From assembly GCA_937884685.1 (NCBI GenBank), contig CAKZYM010001130.1, positions 1 to 54,407 of the forward strand: 54,407 bases of DNA, read 5' to 3'. The notes under the pieces were generated by a model. The model saw only the letters and a list, made by a program, of their open reading frames with translations, did not search any database and was not told where the DNA came from. Position numbers and translations under genes: made by a program. Position 1 is the stretch's first letter. Every line of letters starts with the position of its first letter. The stretch comes from an uncultured Calothrix sp. (GTDB taxonomy: Bacteria > Cyanobacteriota > Cyanobacteriia > Cyanobacteriales > Nostocaceae). This document shows positions 1 to 11,241 of this stretch, in pieces.

Positions 1-327
1 AAAAAACAAAAAACATTATTTCATTCATTTTTATATTGATAATATCTATATTTTTTTACTATTAATATATTTTTATACAGTTATTTGATAAATCTTAAAT
101 TAAAATCATACCTGATTAAATTATAATACTGTGCATTTATTTAAAGATAAGAATTTACGTCATACTCAATTACAAAATAATTCTTCAGTTGATTACCATT
201 AGTGTATTTGATGCACAAAAAGTTTATACTCTATTTTGCTTTCTTGAAAATAAAGCTATATTTATTATATTAAAATACTTCTAAAGTAAGAAGAATTAAA
301 AAAGATTATTTAGTATATAAAAATATT

Positions 328-357
328 TTTCACCTAACTTTAACTCATCTTTAACCT
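328..357 (+). promoter_or_regulatory. Pho box (SphR/PhoB binding site)
   Basis: TTTCACCT-aac-TTTAACTC-atc-TTTAACCT: three 8-mers resembling PyTTAAPyPy(T/A) with 3-bp spacers, ~120 bp upstream of the alkaline phosphatase ATG. Confidence 0.85.
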
Positions 358-474
358 AATAATAAGTATTTGAAAACAGTTTCTATATATCTTTGTAGTT
401 GTAATCTAAACTGCACAGAGTTAGATTTTTTGCTTGTCAAATAAGTAATAACTAATAGACATTTAATCAAAAAT

Positions 475-3400
475 ATGACAACAGGTAATCACGTTATTTT
501 CGTTCATCCAGATGGAACCAGTCCATCTCATTACGGTATTGCAAGATTTGTACAAGAAGGTCCCGACGGACGGCTCAATTGGGACAACATGGAAAATGCT
601 GGGGTGTACCTAGGTCATATGGAAGACCAATTAGGTGCAACTTCTAATGGTGGTGCAGTTACCCATGCAACTGGGGCTAAAGTCTATGCAGAATCTTTTG
701 GTTTAGAAGCAGACGGTTCTGAGATTACTCCTCTCTCCGGTAACGTGGGTAAAACTATCGTCCAAGAAGCCGTCGAAGCCAACAAAGTAACCGCATTAGT
801 ACAGTCTGGAGCTATTTACGAACCCGGTACCGCTGCATTTGTTGCTCAGGTTGGTGAGACGGTTGACGAAGAGGGAAATCGCACTCCTCCCCGTGGAAGA
901 ACTGGTGATATCAGTAAGTTAGTAATTGAATCTGGAGTTGATTTTATCCTCGGTGGTGGGGAAGTTACTCTTTTACCCGAAGGTACCGACGGTTTTCACG
1001 GTAGTGCTGAAGAACTCGACGAACTTGGTTCTCGGTTGCAGCGTCCTGATGAGAATTTAATCGAATTAGCGAAGAATAACGGTTATACCGTCGTTTATAC
1101 CGAGGAAGAACTTAACGACTTATTAGATTCAGCAAAATATCCAGAACCACCTCAAAAAGTATTGGGTGTATTTGCTCCCATCCATACCTTTAACGACCGT
1201 CCAGAGGAAGTTTTACAAGAACGGGGATTACCTTTGTATCTGGAAACTGCTCCTACCATTGCTGAAATGCTCGCAGTTACCCAGCAATTGATGGAAAAAC
1301 ATCCCAACTTTGATAATGGTTCCATCGCTATTGTTGAAGAAGAAGGAACAGACAACTTCGGTAACAACAATAATGCTTCGGGAACCCTCGAAGGTATGAT
1401 TCGAGGTGATGCAGCAATTGGGGAAGCTCTCAACTTTCTCGATAAATATTCCAATACTTTAGTACTAACTGCTGCCGATAGCGATGCGGGTGGTTTGGAA
1501 GTCCGCGACCCCCGCGACCCGGTCGAACCTGTAGGAACAATCAACCAAAACCCTACCACCGAAGCGCGTCCGACTCCTCTCGATGGTGTAGATGGTGCTG
1601 AGACTTTACCATTTACCGCTGCTCCCGATGAGAATGGTGATGTATTTAACTTTGGTGTTGGTTGGGTTGGAACTCCCGATTTCCCCGGTTCCATTGTTTC
1701 TAAAGCTTCAGGGTTAAATGCAGACAAACTCCCCTCCACGGTAGACAATACCGGGATGTATGAGTTGATGTATGAAACCTTATTCGACACCGAGCTTGAA
1801 TCCCGCAACCCCGCACCGACACCAGCACCGGAAGCCACAAAAGATACAGGTAACGTCATATTTATCCATCCCGACGGTACCAGTCCTTCCCACTTTATGG
1901 CATTGCGAGACATCGATAAAGGGCCAGACGGAAGGCTCAACTGGGATAAAATGTCTAATGCTGCGGTGTACCTAGGACATATGGAAGACCAAATCACGGG
2001 TACTTCTAACGGGGGAGCGGTGACTCATGCTAATGGAGTCAAAGTATTTAACGAAATCTTTGGTGTTGATAAAGATAATAATCAGATAACTCCAGCTTCT
2101 GGTAAAACAGGATTTACAATTTTAGAAGAAGCAATTGCAGCCGGGAAATCAACCGCTCTGATTCAATCTGGAGACTTGGGAGAACCGGGAACCGCTGCTT
2201 TTGCTGCTGCAACTACTAATCGAGACGGTAATGATATCCGCGCTCGCGATAAAGCTGCCGAAATCATCGAACAGGTAATCCGTTCTGGAACCGATGTAAT
2301 TATGGGTGGTGGTGAGTTGTATATGCTACCAATCGGTACCACCGGCTTCCACGTCACCCCAGAACTAGACGCTTCCGAAACCCGTCCCGAACGTCGTCCC
2401 AGCATCAACTTGATTGAACTGGCTGAATCTTTGGGTTATACAGTGGTATATACCGAAGACCAGATGAACGAAGCAGTTAATAGCGATACTCCTCCCGAAA
2501 AGCTACTTGGTGTCTTTGCTGCTGACGACACCTTTAACGACCAAACAGAAGAAGAACTTGGTTTAAATACCGATACACCCTTACCTTTATACGTCGAAAC
2601 AGCCCCTACCGTAGCAGAGATGCTCGATGCATCTTTGAAAATAATTGAAGATGACCCCGATGGATTTTTTGCTGTAGTTGAGGAAGAAGGAACCGATAAC
2701 TTCGGTAATAATAACAATGCTGTCGGTACAATTGAAGCCATGCGTCGTGGAGATGCAGCGATTGGGGAAGCCATAGACTATATCGATAATCAAGACCCCA
2801 ACACGCTTTTAGTTACGGCCGCAGACAGCGATGGTGGTGGTTTAGAAGTGTTTCAATATAAACCTTACGACCGTCCAGAAGGAAACTTTGATGAAGATAA
2901 CCCAGAATTAGCAGATACTCAAGCAGAAGTACCTTTTATTACCGTTAATCCCACCACTGAAAGAGACGAGATTAATTCTCTTGATGGTGTTGATGGAAGT
3001 ACAGCTTCCGAAGAAAATCCTTGGGAAGCATTTCCAGCAAAAGATAGTCTCGATGGAGAGATGGGTAACTTCGGTATCGGTTGGGTGGGAACTCCCGATT
3101 TTCCTGGTAGCATTGTTGCTAAAACCTATGGAATGAATGCCGATAAATTACCTTCCACTGTAGATAATACCGGCATTTACGACATTATGTACGAAACGCT
3201 ATTTGGTTTAACACCCGAAGAAGCATCTGGAGGGGAAACGGAGACACCAGAAAGCAAATTGATTTCTGGAACTCCTGGTGACGATATTTTAATTCCCGGT
3301 ATCGATGGATTTAACAAAAACGGAAGTACTGTTTTTGCAGGTGCTGGGAACGATGAAATTGATTTAGCTTTCGGTGGAAGTAACAACCGGGTTGATGCTG

Positions 3401-3756
3401 GTAGCGGTAATGATGAAATTTATTTGAGTAAAAATAATCGCGCTTTGGGTGGTGAAGGAGACGATAAATTTTTCTTTAGTACTGGTGGTGGTAATATCAT
3501 TTCTGGTGGTGCAGGTGCAGACCAATTCTGGATTGTTAGCGGAGAGATTCCTGAATCTGCAAATACCATCGTTGATTTTGAAGTTGATAACGATGTAATT
3601 GGTCTTTTGGGTAGTGCTGGTTTGGGAATTGATTCCAACACTTTGGAACTAACCGAGATGGACGGTAATACTAAAGTTGCTTTTGATGGAAATACTTTAG
3701 CGATGATTAACGGTGTGACTGGGTTAGATATAAGTGAGAGCGTTGTATTTGCTTGA
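475..3756 (+). CDS. Alkaline phosphatase family protein with two tandem PhoA-like domains and a C-terminal RTX-like Ca-binding/secretion module
   Basis: Duplicated motifs IF(V/I)HPDGTS, TSNGGAVTHA, EEEGTDNFGNNNN, AADSD(A/G)GG, VDNTG(M/I)Y; C-terminal GxGND/GGxGxD repeats; no N-terminal signal peptide; Pho box upstream. Confidence 0.88.
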   Translation: MTTGNHVIFVHPDGTSPSHYGIARFVQEGPDGRLNWDNMENAGVYLGHMEDQLGATSNGGAVTHATGAKVYAESFGLEADGSEITPLSGNVGKTIVQEAVEANKVTALVQSGAIYEPGTAAFVAQVGETVDEEGNRTPPRGRTGDISKLVIESGVDFILGGGEVTLLPEGTDGFHGSAEELDELGSRLQRPDENLIELAKNNGYTVVYTEEELNDLLDSAKYPEPPQKVLGVFAPIHTFNDRPEEVLQERGLPLYLETAPTIAEMLAVTQQLMEKHPNFDNGSIAIVEEEGTDNFGNNNNASGTLEGMIRGDAAIGEALNFLDKYSNTLVLTAADSDAGGLEVRDPRDPVEPVGTINQNPTTEARPTPLDGVDGAETLPFTAAPDENGDVFNFGVGWVGTPDFPGSIVSKASGLNADKLPSTVDNTGMYELMYETLFDTELESRNPAPTPAPEATKDTGNVIFIHPDGTSPSHFMALRDIDKGPDGRLNWDKMSNAAVYLGHMEDQITGTSNGGAVTHANGVKVFNEIFGVDKDNNQITPASGKTGFTILEEAIAAGKSTALIQSGDLGEPGTAAFAAATTNRDGNDIRARDKAAEIIEQVIRSGTDVIMGGGELYMLPIGTTGFHVTPELDASETRPERRPSINLIELAESLGYTVVYTEDQMNEAVNSDTPPEKLLGVFAADDTFNDQTEEELGLNTDTPLPLYVETAPTVAEMLDASLKIIEDDPDGFFAVVEEEGTDNFGNNNNAVGTIEAMRRGDAAIGEAIDYIDNQDPNTLLVTAADSDGGGLEVFQYKPYDRPEGNFDEDNPELADTQAEVPFITVNPTTERDEINSLDGVDGSTASEENPWEAFPAKDSLDGEMGNFGIGWVGTPDFPGSIVAKTYGMNADKLPSTVDNTGIYDIMYETLFGLTPEEASGGETETPESKLISGTPGDDILIPGIDGFNKNGSTVFAGAGNDEIDLAFGGSNNRVDAGSGNDEIYLSKNNRALGGEGDDKFFFSTGGGNIISGGAGADQFWIVSGEIPESANTIVDFEVDNDVIGLLGSAGLGIDSNTLELTEMDGNTKVAFDGNTLAMINGVTGLDISESVVFA

Positions 3757-3872
3757 TATTTGATAGATAATAGCTTCATTTCCTGCTTAATCGGCAAAAA
3801 TAGTTTAAATCGCTCGATTAAGCTCTAAAACTTTTAGCTTTTAGAATTTAAATTTGATTAATTTTTTACCTT

Positions 3873-3901
3873 ACCGACTTTTGAAACAAGTCGGTTTTTT
3901 T
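3873..3901 (+). terminator. Rho-independent terminator after the phosphatase gene
   Basis: ACCGACTT-ttgaaac-AAGTCGGT stem followed by a T tract. Confidence 0.7.
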
Positions 3902-4030
3902 ATTTGCGACTCAAATTATTAAACTAGCAAGCTACATTTGTAATAATTTTTATCAAGAGAATTGAATCTAAGCAGAATATTTGGGAACTATAAAACCAAG
4001 AAATATATTTTTAATCTTTCTAAAACAATA

Positions 4031-7000
4031 ATGAAGAATATATCTATCCCAGAATATACCTTAGATAAAATTATTAATACTGGTGTAAGCACTAATATTT
4101 ACCGCAGTATCACAAAAGGGAATATTGCAGTTATTCTCAAAGTACTTAGAGACGATTATCCTACGTTGGAAGCGATTGCACGTCTCAAGCACGAGTATTC
4201 TGTTGCGAAAAAACTCGAACATGAAAACATCGTTAAAGCATTGCAGTTAGAAAACTCTGCCGAACATTATGCCATTATATTTGAAGATTTTGGTGGTATT
4301 TCTCTAAGACAGTATTTGGAAAGCAATAGACCATCATTGGAAACAATTCTCCAAGTAGCAATTGCAATTACTCAAGCACTTGTCTATATACATAGAAAGC
4401 AAATAGTTCATAAAGATATCAAGCCAGCAAATATTATTGTTAAAAATTTATCAGAGAATAATTCTATAAATTCAATTTATAAACCTGTGATTAAACTCAC
4501 AGACTTTAGTATTGCTTCATGTTTAGAAAAAGAAATAACCCAACAAATAAATTGTAATCAATTAGAAGGAACCCTTGCTTATATATCTCCCGAACAAACG
4601 GGTAGAATGAATCGTAGTTTGGACTTCCGTAGCGATTTTTATTCATTAGGGGTAATGTTATATGAAATGTTAACAGGTCAGTTACCATTTATTAGTAATG
4701 ACCCTTTAGAATTAATACATGCTCATATTGCCGAGCAACCTACTTCAATTAATAAGCTAAATCCAAATATTAATACTACGGTTTGTGCAATCGTTGAAAA
4801 ATTAATGGCAAAAAATGCCGAAGATAGGTATCAAAGTGCTGAAGGTTTACTAGCAGATTTGCAACAATGCTGGAAACAGCTACAAGCAACTGGAACCATT
4901 TTGAATTTCACTCCCGGTCAATTGGAAGTTATTTCTCAGTTGTTGATTCCTCAAAAGCTTTATGGAAGAGAATCACAAGTACAGTTATTACTAAATGCTT
5001 TTGAAAGAATGACTAAGGGTAATAGTGAGTTAATTTTAGTCTCTGGTTATTCTGGTATTGGTAAAACATCAGTAATTAATGAAGTAAATAAACCAATCGT
5101 AAAAGCTGGAGGATATTTTATTAGTGGTAAGTCAGACCAGTTTAAACGAGATATTCCCTACGCATCTTTGATACAAGCTTTTTCAAGTTTATGCAAACAA
5201 TTGCTCACAGAATCTTCATCAAAATTAAAAAGATGGCAAAATAAAATCCAAAAGGCTGTTGGTCATAATGGACAAGTGATAATTGACTTAATACCGGAAG
5301 TTGAATTAATCATTGGGAAGCAAGTAGAAGTACCACATCTAGAACCTATAGAAGCTCAAAATAGACTCAACCAAATATTTCAAAAATTTGTTAGTTTGTT
5401 TACGAAAAAAGGGCATCCCCTGGTCATATTTTTGGATGATTTACAATGGGCCGATACTTCAACTTTAAAACTGATGCAGCTATTAGCCATCGATTTAAGT
5501 ATTGAATATTTATTAATAATTGGAGCTTATCGAGATAACGAAGTTAATCCAACTCATCCCCTAATTAGTACAGTTGAAGAAATTGAGAAACATAAAACAA
5601 TTAATAACATTACTCTTGAACCTCTTTCAAATCACAATGTAACAGAATTAGTCGCAGAAACTCTCAATGATAACAAAGAAGACAGTAGTTCACTAGCAAA
5701 ATTAATTTTCAATAAAACTGGTGGTAATCCTTTCTTTGTTACTCAATTACTACAGAGTTTGTATCAGGAATCTTTACTCAAGTTTGATTTTAATCAACAA
5801 AAGTGGTTGTGGAGCATTCAAGATATACAGTCTGTTGGAATAACAGATAAAAGTGTAGTGGATTTAGTCGCATCAAGAATTGAAAAATTACCAGAAATCA
5901 CGCAACAGGTGCTAAAACTAGCTGCTTGTATTGGAGATAAATTTACCTTAGATGTACTATCAGTAGTCAACGAAGAATCAATTAATCAAACTGCAAACTA
6001 CTTAAATAAAGCACTTGAAGCCGGTTTAATTCTACCATTGAATCAAAACTATCGAATCCCTTTATTGTTCGATGACTCCGAGCAAATAAGTTCATTCGAT
6101 AATAATCAAATTGGTTATAAATTTTTGCACGACCGAGTTCAACAAGCAGCTTATTCATTAATTCCAGAAAATAAAAAACAAGCCACGCATTTAAGAATTG
6201 GACAGCTTTTAAAAGAATCAACCAGCCAAGATAAACTCGCAGATAATATTTTAGATATTGTTAATCAATTAAATTTTGGTATTGAGTTACTCAAAGAAGA
6301 GAGAGAAAAATTAGAGCTAGCAAATCTAAATTTGTTAGCTGGTCAAAAAGCTAAGAGAAATTCTGCATTTGAAGCTGCAATCAAATACTTAAATATTGGC
6401 TTAAAGCTATTAGTCGAAAATTCTTGGCAGAGTCATTACGATTTGACCCTTGGGTTATATGTAGAGACAGCAGAAGCTGAATATTTAACTGGTAATTTTG
6501 AAAAATCCCACGAGTTAACAAATATATCGTTAGAGAAGTGTAAAAATATTTTAGATAAGGTTAGAGTTTATGAAATAAAAATTCAATTTCATACAGCAAA
6601 AGGAGAAGTTACGAAAGCATTAGATATTGGGGTTACTGTATTGAAAGGTTTGGGATTAAATTTACCAAAGCAAGCAAAGAATATTCATATTTTATCTGCA
6701 TTTGCTCAAACTAAATTAGTTTTAGCTGGTAAAAACATAGAAGATTTGCTTTATTTGTCAGAAATGGAAGACCCTTATAAATTAGCAATAATGAAAATGA
6801 TAATGTTTATTACCCCTGTTGCTTCTCAATCTGGGTCATTGCTATTTCCGCTAATGGTATTAGCGATGGTAAGGTTATCTATTCAATATGGTAATAGCAT
6901 GTATTCTTCTTATGCATATAGTGGCTACGGTGCTATGCTCTGCGATAAGTTTGGAGATATTGATTCAGGATATCGCTTTGGTCAGTTAGGTATTAAATTA

Positions 7001-9448
7001 CTTTCTCATCTAAATGCTTATTCACTAAAAGCAAAAGTTTTTCTGATTTACAATACAATGATTAAGCATTTTAAAGGACACATCTCTCAAACAATTCCCA
7101 ATCTAATTGAGGGAGTACAGAGTGGAGTCGAAACAGGAGATATATTATTTTCTAGTTATAATGCTTGTTTTGTGGTTCAAAATAGTTTTTTTTGTAATAC
7201 CCATCTCGACATATTTATTAAAGAAATAGATAAATATATTGAATTAGTAAGTAATAATTTCAAAATTGAAACTGATGTTGTAGGACTGAAAGTTTTAAGA
7301 CAAACCGTGCTACAACTGCAAGGATTAACTTTAAATAGAATTTCCTTAACGAGCGATGACTTAAGTGAAGAAGATTTTCTTTATTTATATAAAGAACAAC
7401 CAATAATAATGAGAATTTTTTGTTTTTGTAAAGCCCAAAATAATTATCTTTTTGCAAACTATCAAGTTAGTATTAAATCTGTAAAAGAATCACAAAAATA
7501 TGAAGAGTCAGATCCAGGATTTTTTGTCTATATTCTGAATAATTTCTATTATTCTTTATCATTATTAGCCGATATTACAAATGCATCTCAACAAGAAAAA
7601 CAAAATTATCTACATCAAATCAAAATTAATCAACGAAAAATGAAAGTTTGGGCCAATTATGCTTCCTGCAACTTTCAACATAAATATGATTTAGTTGAAG
7701 CTGAAAGAGCTAGAGTCTTGGGCAAAAATAATTTAGCAATTGATTTATATGATAAAGCAGTCGCAGGAGCGAAAGGAAATAACTATACAGCAGAAGAAGC
7801 TCTTGCGAACGAACTTGCGGCAAAATTCTATATTGAGCAAGGTAAAGAAAAATTTGCCAAGATTTATATGACAGATGCTTACTATGGTTATTTCAAATGG
7901 GGTGCTTTTGCTAAAGTTAAAGATTTAGAAGATAATTATCCCGACTATATTATTCGTACTCAAACAGGTATATCTCTAGATAAAAAAGGTACAATAGCTT
8001 CAACTAGTTTTAGCCAAACTTTAGCTTTAGATACTTCAACTTTAATTAAATCATCTTTAGCATTAAGTAGCGAAGTGATTCTGGAAGATTTAATACACAA
8101 ACTGATGCATTTAGCTAAATTAAATGCAGGGGCAGAAAAAGTTTTATTTATTGCTAATAATCAAAATGAATTAGTGATTGAAGCTTTATTAAATGAAAAA
8201 AATGAGATATCTATATTACAATCTCTGACAAGCAATGCACAAAAGATATTACCTGTATCTATTATTAATTACGTTCACCGCACTCAACTTCCTGTTATTT
8301 TAGATGATGCAAATAGTGCCGATAATTTTAAAAATGACCTTTATATTCTCTCAAATAAACCAAAATCAATTCTCGTATCTCCTATTATTCATAATGCAAA
8401 GATGAGCGGAATTTTGTATTTAGAAAATAATCTTATTAATAGTGCATTTACAAAAGATAGACTAGAAATTTTGAAAGTATTATCAGCGCAAGCAGCTGTT
8501 TCTGTAGAAAATGCCCGTTTCTATTCTACCTTAGAAGCACGAGTGAATGAAAGGACGCAACAGCTAGAAGAAAAAAATAAGGAATTACAAGCTATTACCC
8601 AACAGTTACAAACTACTTTGCAAAAACTAAAACGTACTCAATCACAGTTGGTTCATAACGAAAAAATGTCCTCTTTAGGTCAATTAGTAGCAGGTATCGC
8701 TCATGAAATTAACAATCCAGTTAGCTTTATTTATGGTAATTTAACATATACTTCTACATATATAGAATCTTTATTAGAATTGATTGATATTTATCAAGAA
8801 AACTCTTGCTATGACAATATTCCTCAAGCTATCGAAAAGATTGAAGAAATAGACTTACCCTATATTAGAGAAGATGTACCAAATCTAATTAATTCAATGA
8901 AAATGGGTGCATCGCGCATACGGGATATTGTTAAATCGCTACGCATTTTCTCGCGTTTAGATGAGGCAAAAATTAAAAAGATTGATATACATGAAAATCT
9001 CGATAGTACATTAATGATTCTCGTACAAAAATTAGGAAGTATTCAAGTTATTAAAGATTATGCTCAATTGCCACAAGTAAGCTGTTATGCAGGCGAAATA
9101 AATCAAGTTTTTCTACATTTAATTACTAACGCAATTGATGCACTATCGACAGGAGTAGGTGAATTATTTGAATCAAAGCAAGCTCCTACAATTGTGATTA
9201 GCACAGAAATAGATACTAGCAATACAGTCATTGTTCGGATAGCTGATAATGGTGTAGGAATGAAAGATAATATTAAGCAAAAAATATTTGACCCTTTCTT
9301 TACCACTAAGCCAGTTGGTCAAGGTACTGGTATGGGACTATCTATAAGTCATCAAATTATTACAGAAAAACATCAAGGCAGTTTAGAATGTATATCTTCA
9401 CCGGGGAAAGGAACAACATTCATAATTGGCATACCCCTTTCAATATAG
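4031..9448 (+). CDS. HstK-type hybrid kinase: Ser/Thr kinase + AAA ATPase + helical repeats + GAF + histidine kinase
   Basis: HKDIKPAN, DFS, GTLAYISPEQTGRMN; Walker A GYSGIGKT, Walker B LVIFLDDLQWAD; H-box AGIAHEINNP; DNGVGM, FDPFFTTK, GTGMGL. ATG 4031 preferred over TTG 3962. Confidence 0.92.
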   Translation: MKNISIPEYTLDKIINTGVSTNIYRSITKGNIAVILKVLRDDYPTLEAIARLKHEYSVAKKLEHENIVKALQLENSAEHYAIIFEDFGGISLRQYLESNRPSLETILQVAIAITQALVYIHRKQIVHKDIKPANIIVKNLSENNSINSIYKPVIKLTDFSIASCLEKEITQQINCNQLEGTLAYISPEQTGRMNRSLDFRSDFYSLGVMLYEMLTGQLPFISNDPLELIHAHIAEQPTSINKLNPNINTTVCAIVEKLMAKNAEDRYQSAEGLLADLQQCWKQLQATGTILNFTPGQLEVISQLLIPQKLYGRESQVQLLLNAFERMTKGNSELILVSGYSGIGKTSVINEVNKPIVKAGGYFISGKSDQFKRDIPYASLIQAFSSLCKQLLTESSSKLKRWQNKIQKAVGHNGQVIIDLIPEVELIIGKQVEVPHLEPIEAQNRLNQIFQKFVSLFTKKGHPLVIFLDDLQWADTSTLKLMQLLAIDLSIEYLLIIGAYRDNEVNPTHPLISTVEEIEKHKTINNITLEPLSNHNVTELVAETLNDNKEDSSSLAKLIFNKTGGNPFFVTQLLQSLYQESLLKFDFNQQKWLWSIQDIQSVGITDKSVVDLVASRIEKLPEITQQVLKLAACIGDKFTLDVLSVVNEESINQTANYLNKALEAGLILPLNQNYRIPLLFDDSEQISSFDNNQIGYKFLHDRVQQAAYSLIPENKKQATHLRIGQLLKESTSQDKLADNILDIVNQLNFGIELLKEEREKLELANLNLLAGQKAKRNSAFEAAIKYLNIGLKLLVENSWQSHYDLTLGLYVETAEAEYLTGNFEKSHELTNISLEKCKNILDKVRVYEIKIQFHTAKGEVTKALDIGVTVLKGLGLNLPKQAKNIHILSAFAQTKLVLAGKNIEDLLYLSEMEDPYKLAIMKMIMFITPVASQSGSLLFPLMVLAMVRLSIQYGNSMYSSYAYSGYGAMLCDKFGDIDSGYRFGQLGIKLLSHLNAYSLKAKVFLIYNTMIKHFKGHISQTIPNLIEGVQSGVETGDILFSSYNACFVVQNSFFCNTHLDIFIKEIDKYIELVSNNFKIETDVVGLKVLRQTVLQLQGLTLNRISLTSDDLSEEDFLYLYKEQPIIMRIFCFCKAQNNYLFANYQVSIKSVKESQKYEESDPGFFVYILNNFYYSLSLLADITNASQQEKQNYLHQIKINQRKMKVWANYASCNFQHKYDLVEAERARVLGKNNLAIDLYDKAVAGAKGNNYTAEEALANELAAKFYIEQGKEKFAKIYMTDAYYGYFKWGAFAKVKDLEDNYPDYIIRTQTGISLDKKGTIASTSFSQTLALDTSTLIKSSLALSSEVILEDLIHKLMHLAKLNAGAEKVLFIANNQNELVIEALLNEKNEISILQSLTSNAQKILPVSIINYVHRTQLPVILDDANSADNFKNDLYILSNKPKSILVSPIIHNAKMSGILYLENNLINSAFTKDRLEILKVLSAQAAVSVENARFYSTLEARVNERTQQLEEKNKELQAITQQLQTTLQKLKRTQSQLVHNEKMSSLGQLVAGIAHEINNPVSFIYGNLTYTSTYIESLLELIDIYQENSCYDNIPQAIEKIEEIDLPYIREDVPNLINSMKMGASRIRDIVKSLRIFSRLDEAKIKKIDIHENLDSTLMILVQKLGSIQVIKDYAQLPQVSCYAGEINQVFLHLITNAIDALSTGVGELFESKQAPTIVISTEIDTSNTVIVRIADNGVGMKDNIKQKIFDPFFTTKPVGQGTGMGLSISHQIITEKHQGSLECISSPGKGTTFIIGIPLSI

Positions 9449-9614
9449 AGTTATTATTAATTACTCGGCAACTTTGGCTAACAAATAAGTTTTGAAAACT
9501 AAATTTAACTGGTTGATTTTCAGCAATAAAAGCTACTGATTACTGAATTTGATGACTAGAAGCACAAAATTTAAATACTTCTAGTCTTATTTGATAATTG
9601 ATAAGAATTAAGGC

Positions 9615-11045
9615 TTATTTTGTTTGTTGTGGGACTGTAGAGGAATCTAAAGAATGCATCAGGACTTTTGCTAGGATATTTGGTGCGAAAAGTGATTGGG
9701 GAGCTTTTACCATAAGAACTACCTCTAAAAATTTTTTGTAGATTTTGGCATCTTTGACTGATAAAAGTAATATTTGATCCATGTATCCATGCATTAGTTT
9801 GGTTAATATATTCATTTGACGACCTTTGGTTGTTTCCCAGCGGCAATCTTCGCTAGTTGTCATTAACCAAGGATTTTTCAAACGTTTTGCCAGCTTGCTT
9901 TGGAAGCGCTTCGTTAAACCTCTTAGACTATCGGGAGAACGCTGCAATTGTTCTCGCAGGCAGAGGTCTAGAGTTAAAGCACCTAGAGCAGATACAGTCA
10001 TACCCTGACCGTAATGCGGATTGAAAGCACATACAGCATCACCAATAGCAATCAAGCCTTCTGGCAATTTGGAAAGCTTTTCGTAGTGATTCCATGAATT
10101 TTCCATCCGTCGATAGCCGTAGACTGGAGAAATTGGTCTAGCATCTTTAATTGCTTCATAAATTAACGGGGTACGTAGACTACGAAGAAATTCCATAAAA
10201 CCATCTTGATCCGTAGGTGGATAATCTTTAGCAGTACCGATAGCAGTAGCAGCCCAACGGTTACCTTCAACTAGACACAAAAATCCGCCTCGTTTATCTT
10301 GAGGTGGTTTAGTCGCAACTACGATACCTTTCCAATCAGCTTGATAATTTTCTGGTACTTCATACCAGCAAGTACTATAGCCTCCAAAAGAGTTGATTAC
10401 TGTTTGCCTAGGTGCTTGATAGCCGATTTTCTCTAACCATTTAGGTAATAGGGAATTACGTCCACTAGCATCGACTACTAAATCAGCAGCTAATTGTTCT
10501 TCAGATTCCTTGTGGGAGGATATTTGAACCCCGGTAATTTTGGAATTACTCTCGTCACTTACCAATCCTCTAACTTGAGTTGCCGTGATAAATTTCAGAT
10601 TGGTATAGCTGCTCAAACGCTTCCTTACCAAGCATTCCAAAAAGTTTCGACTACAACTGCGAGTTATTAAGTCTGAAGGACTAAGGGATGCCCATCCCCA
10701 TACATTTAGGAAATAATATTCTGAAGACCAGTCTACACTAGGAGCGCCACCTGTGGTTAATTCTGCTTCTATTCCAGGAAACAATTGCTCCAAAATCTGC
10801 TGTCCTTGGAGAAGCAATGTATGAACGTGATTTGCTTGAGGAACACCTCGTCGTGTTTCTGGCTGCTGTGGTAGTCTATCGCGTTCGATTATAGTTTCGC
10901 AATCGAAGTGTTCTAGCAAAACCCTCGATGCCAATAATCCTGACATACCAGCACCAATCACTACCGCATGACTATTTTTGCCAATTCTGTTAATAGTTTT
11001 ACAATTTACTTTGGTAAACATAAGTCTTTTTTTGGTGACAGACAT
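9615..11045 (-). CDS. FAD-dependent monooxygenase (UbiH-like / Lsd18-MonCI epoxidase-like family)
   Basis: GAGMSG Rossmann motif, RRGVPQANHVH, VVDASGR, GDAVCAFNPHYGQGMT. Start uncertain (11066 TTG, 11045 or 11021 ATG). Confidence 0.85.
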   Translation of the reverse strand: MSVTKKRLMFTKVNCKTINRIGKNSHAVVIGAGMSGLLASRVLLEHFDCETIIERDRLPQQPETRRGVPQANHVHTLLLQGQQILEQLFPGIEAELTTGGAPSVDWSSEYYFLNVWGWASLSPSDLITRSCSRNFLECLVRKRLSSYTNLKFITATQVRGLVSDESNSKITGVQISSHKESEEQLAADLVVDASGRNSLLPKWLEKIGYQAPRQTVINSFGGYSTCWYEVPENYQADWKGIVVATKPPQDKRGGFLCLVEGNRWAATAIGTAKDYPPTDQDGFMEFLRSLRTPLIYEAIKDARPISPVYGYRRMENSWNHYEKLSKLPEGLIAIGDAVCAFNPHYGQGMTVSALGALTLDLCLREQLQRSPDSLRGLTKRFQSKLAKRLKNPWLMTTSEDCRWETTKGRQMNILTKLMHGYMDQILLLSVKDAKIYKKFLEVVLMVKAPQSLFAPNILAKVLMHSLDSSTVPQQTK

Positions 11046-11161
11046 GAAATTATCGATACGGAGCAACCCAAAAATTTGAGTTCTAAAATCATAAACGTAA
11101 ATAGACTATATTCAAGTGCTATCGCAAGCAAATACTAGAATTTAATTGAGAATTAAATTAT

Positions 11162-11241
11162 TTATAGTTATTCCAATTAATTTTCGCAGTGCGAGCAAGA
11201 TGCTCGCACTACCATCTGTTTTTTCGTAAGAATAACTATAA
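11162..11241. repeat. Small MITE/REP-like element
   Basis: 12-bp terminal inverted repeats TTATAGTTATTC/GAATAACTATAA enclosing a perfect 10-bp hairpin AGTGCGAGCA-aga-TGCTCGCACT (11188-11210). Confidence 0.65.

Noticed and set aside
1152-3797. Long antisense ORFs over the phosphatase gene
   Set aside because: Shadow frames of a codon-biased gene; Ser/Pro-rich with no motifs
4490-4520. DFS instead of DFG in the hybrid kinase as a sign of inactivation
   Set aside because: DFS is common in cyanobacterial HstK-type kinases; catalytic HKDIKPAN is intact
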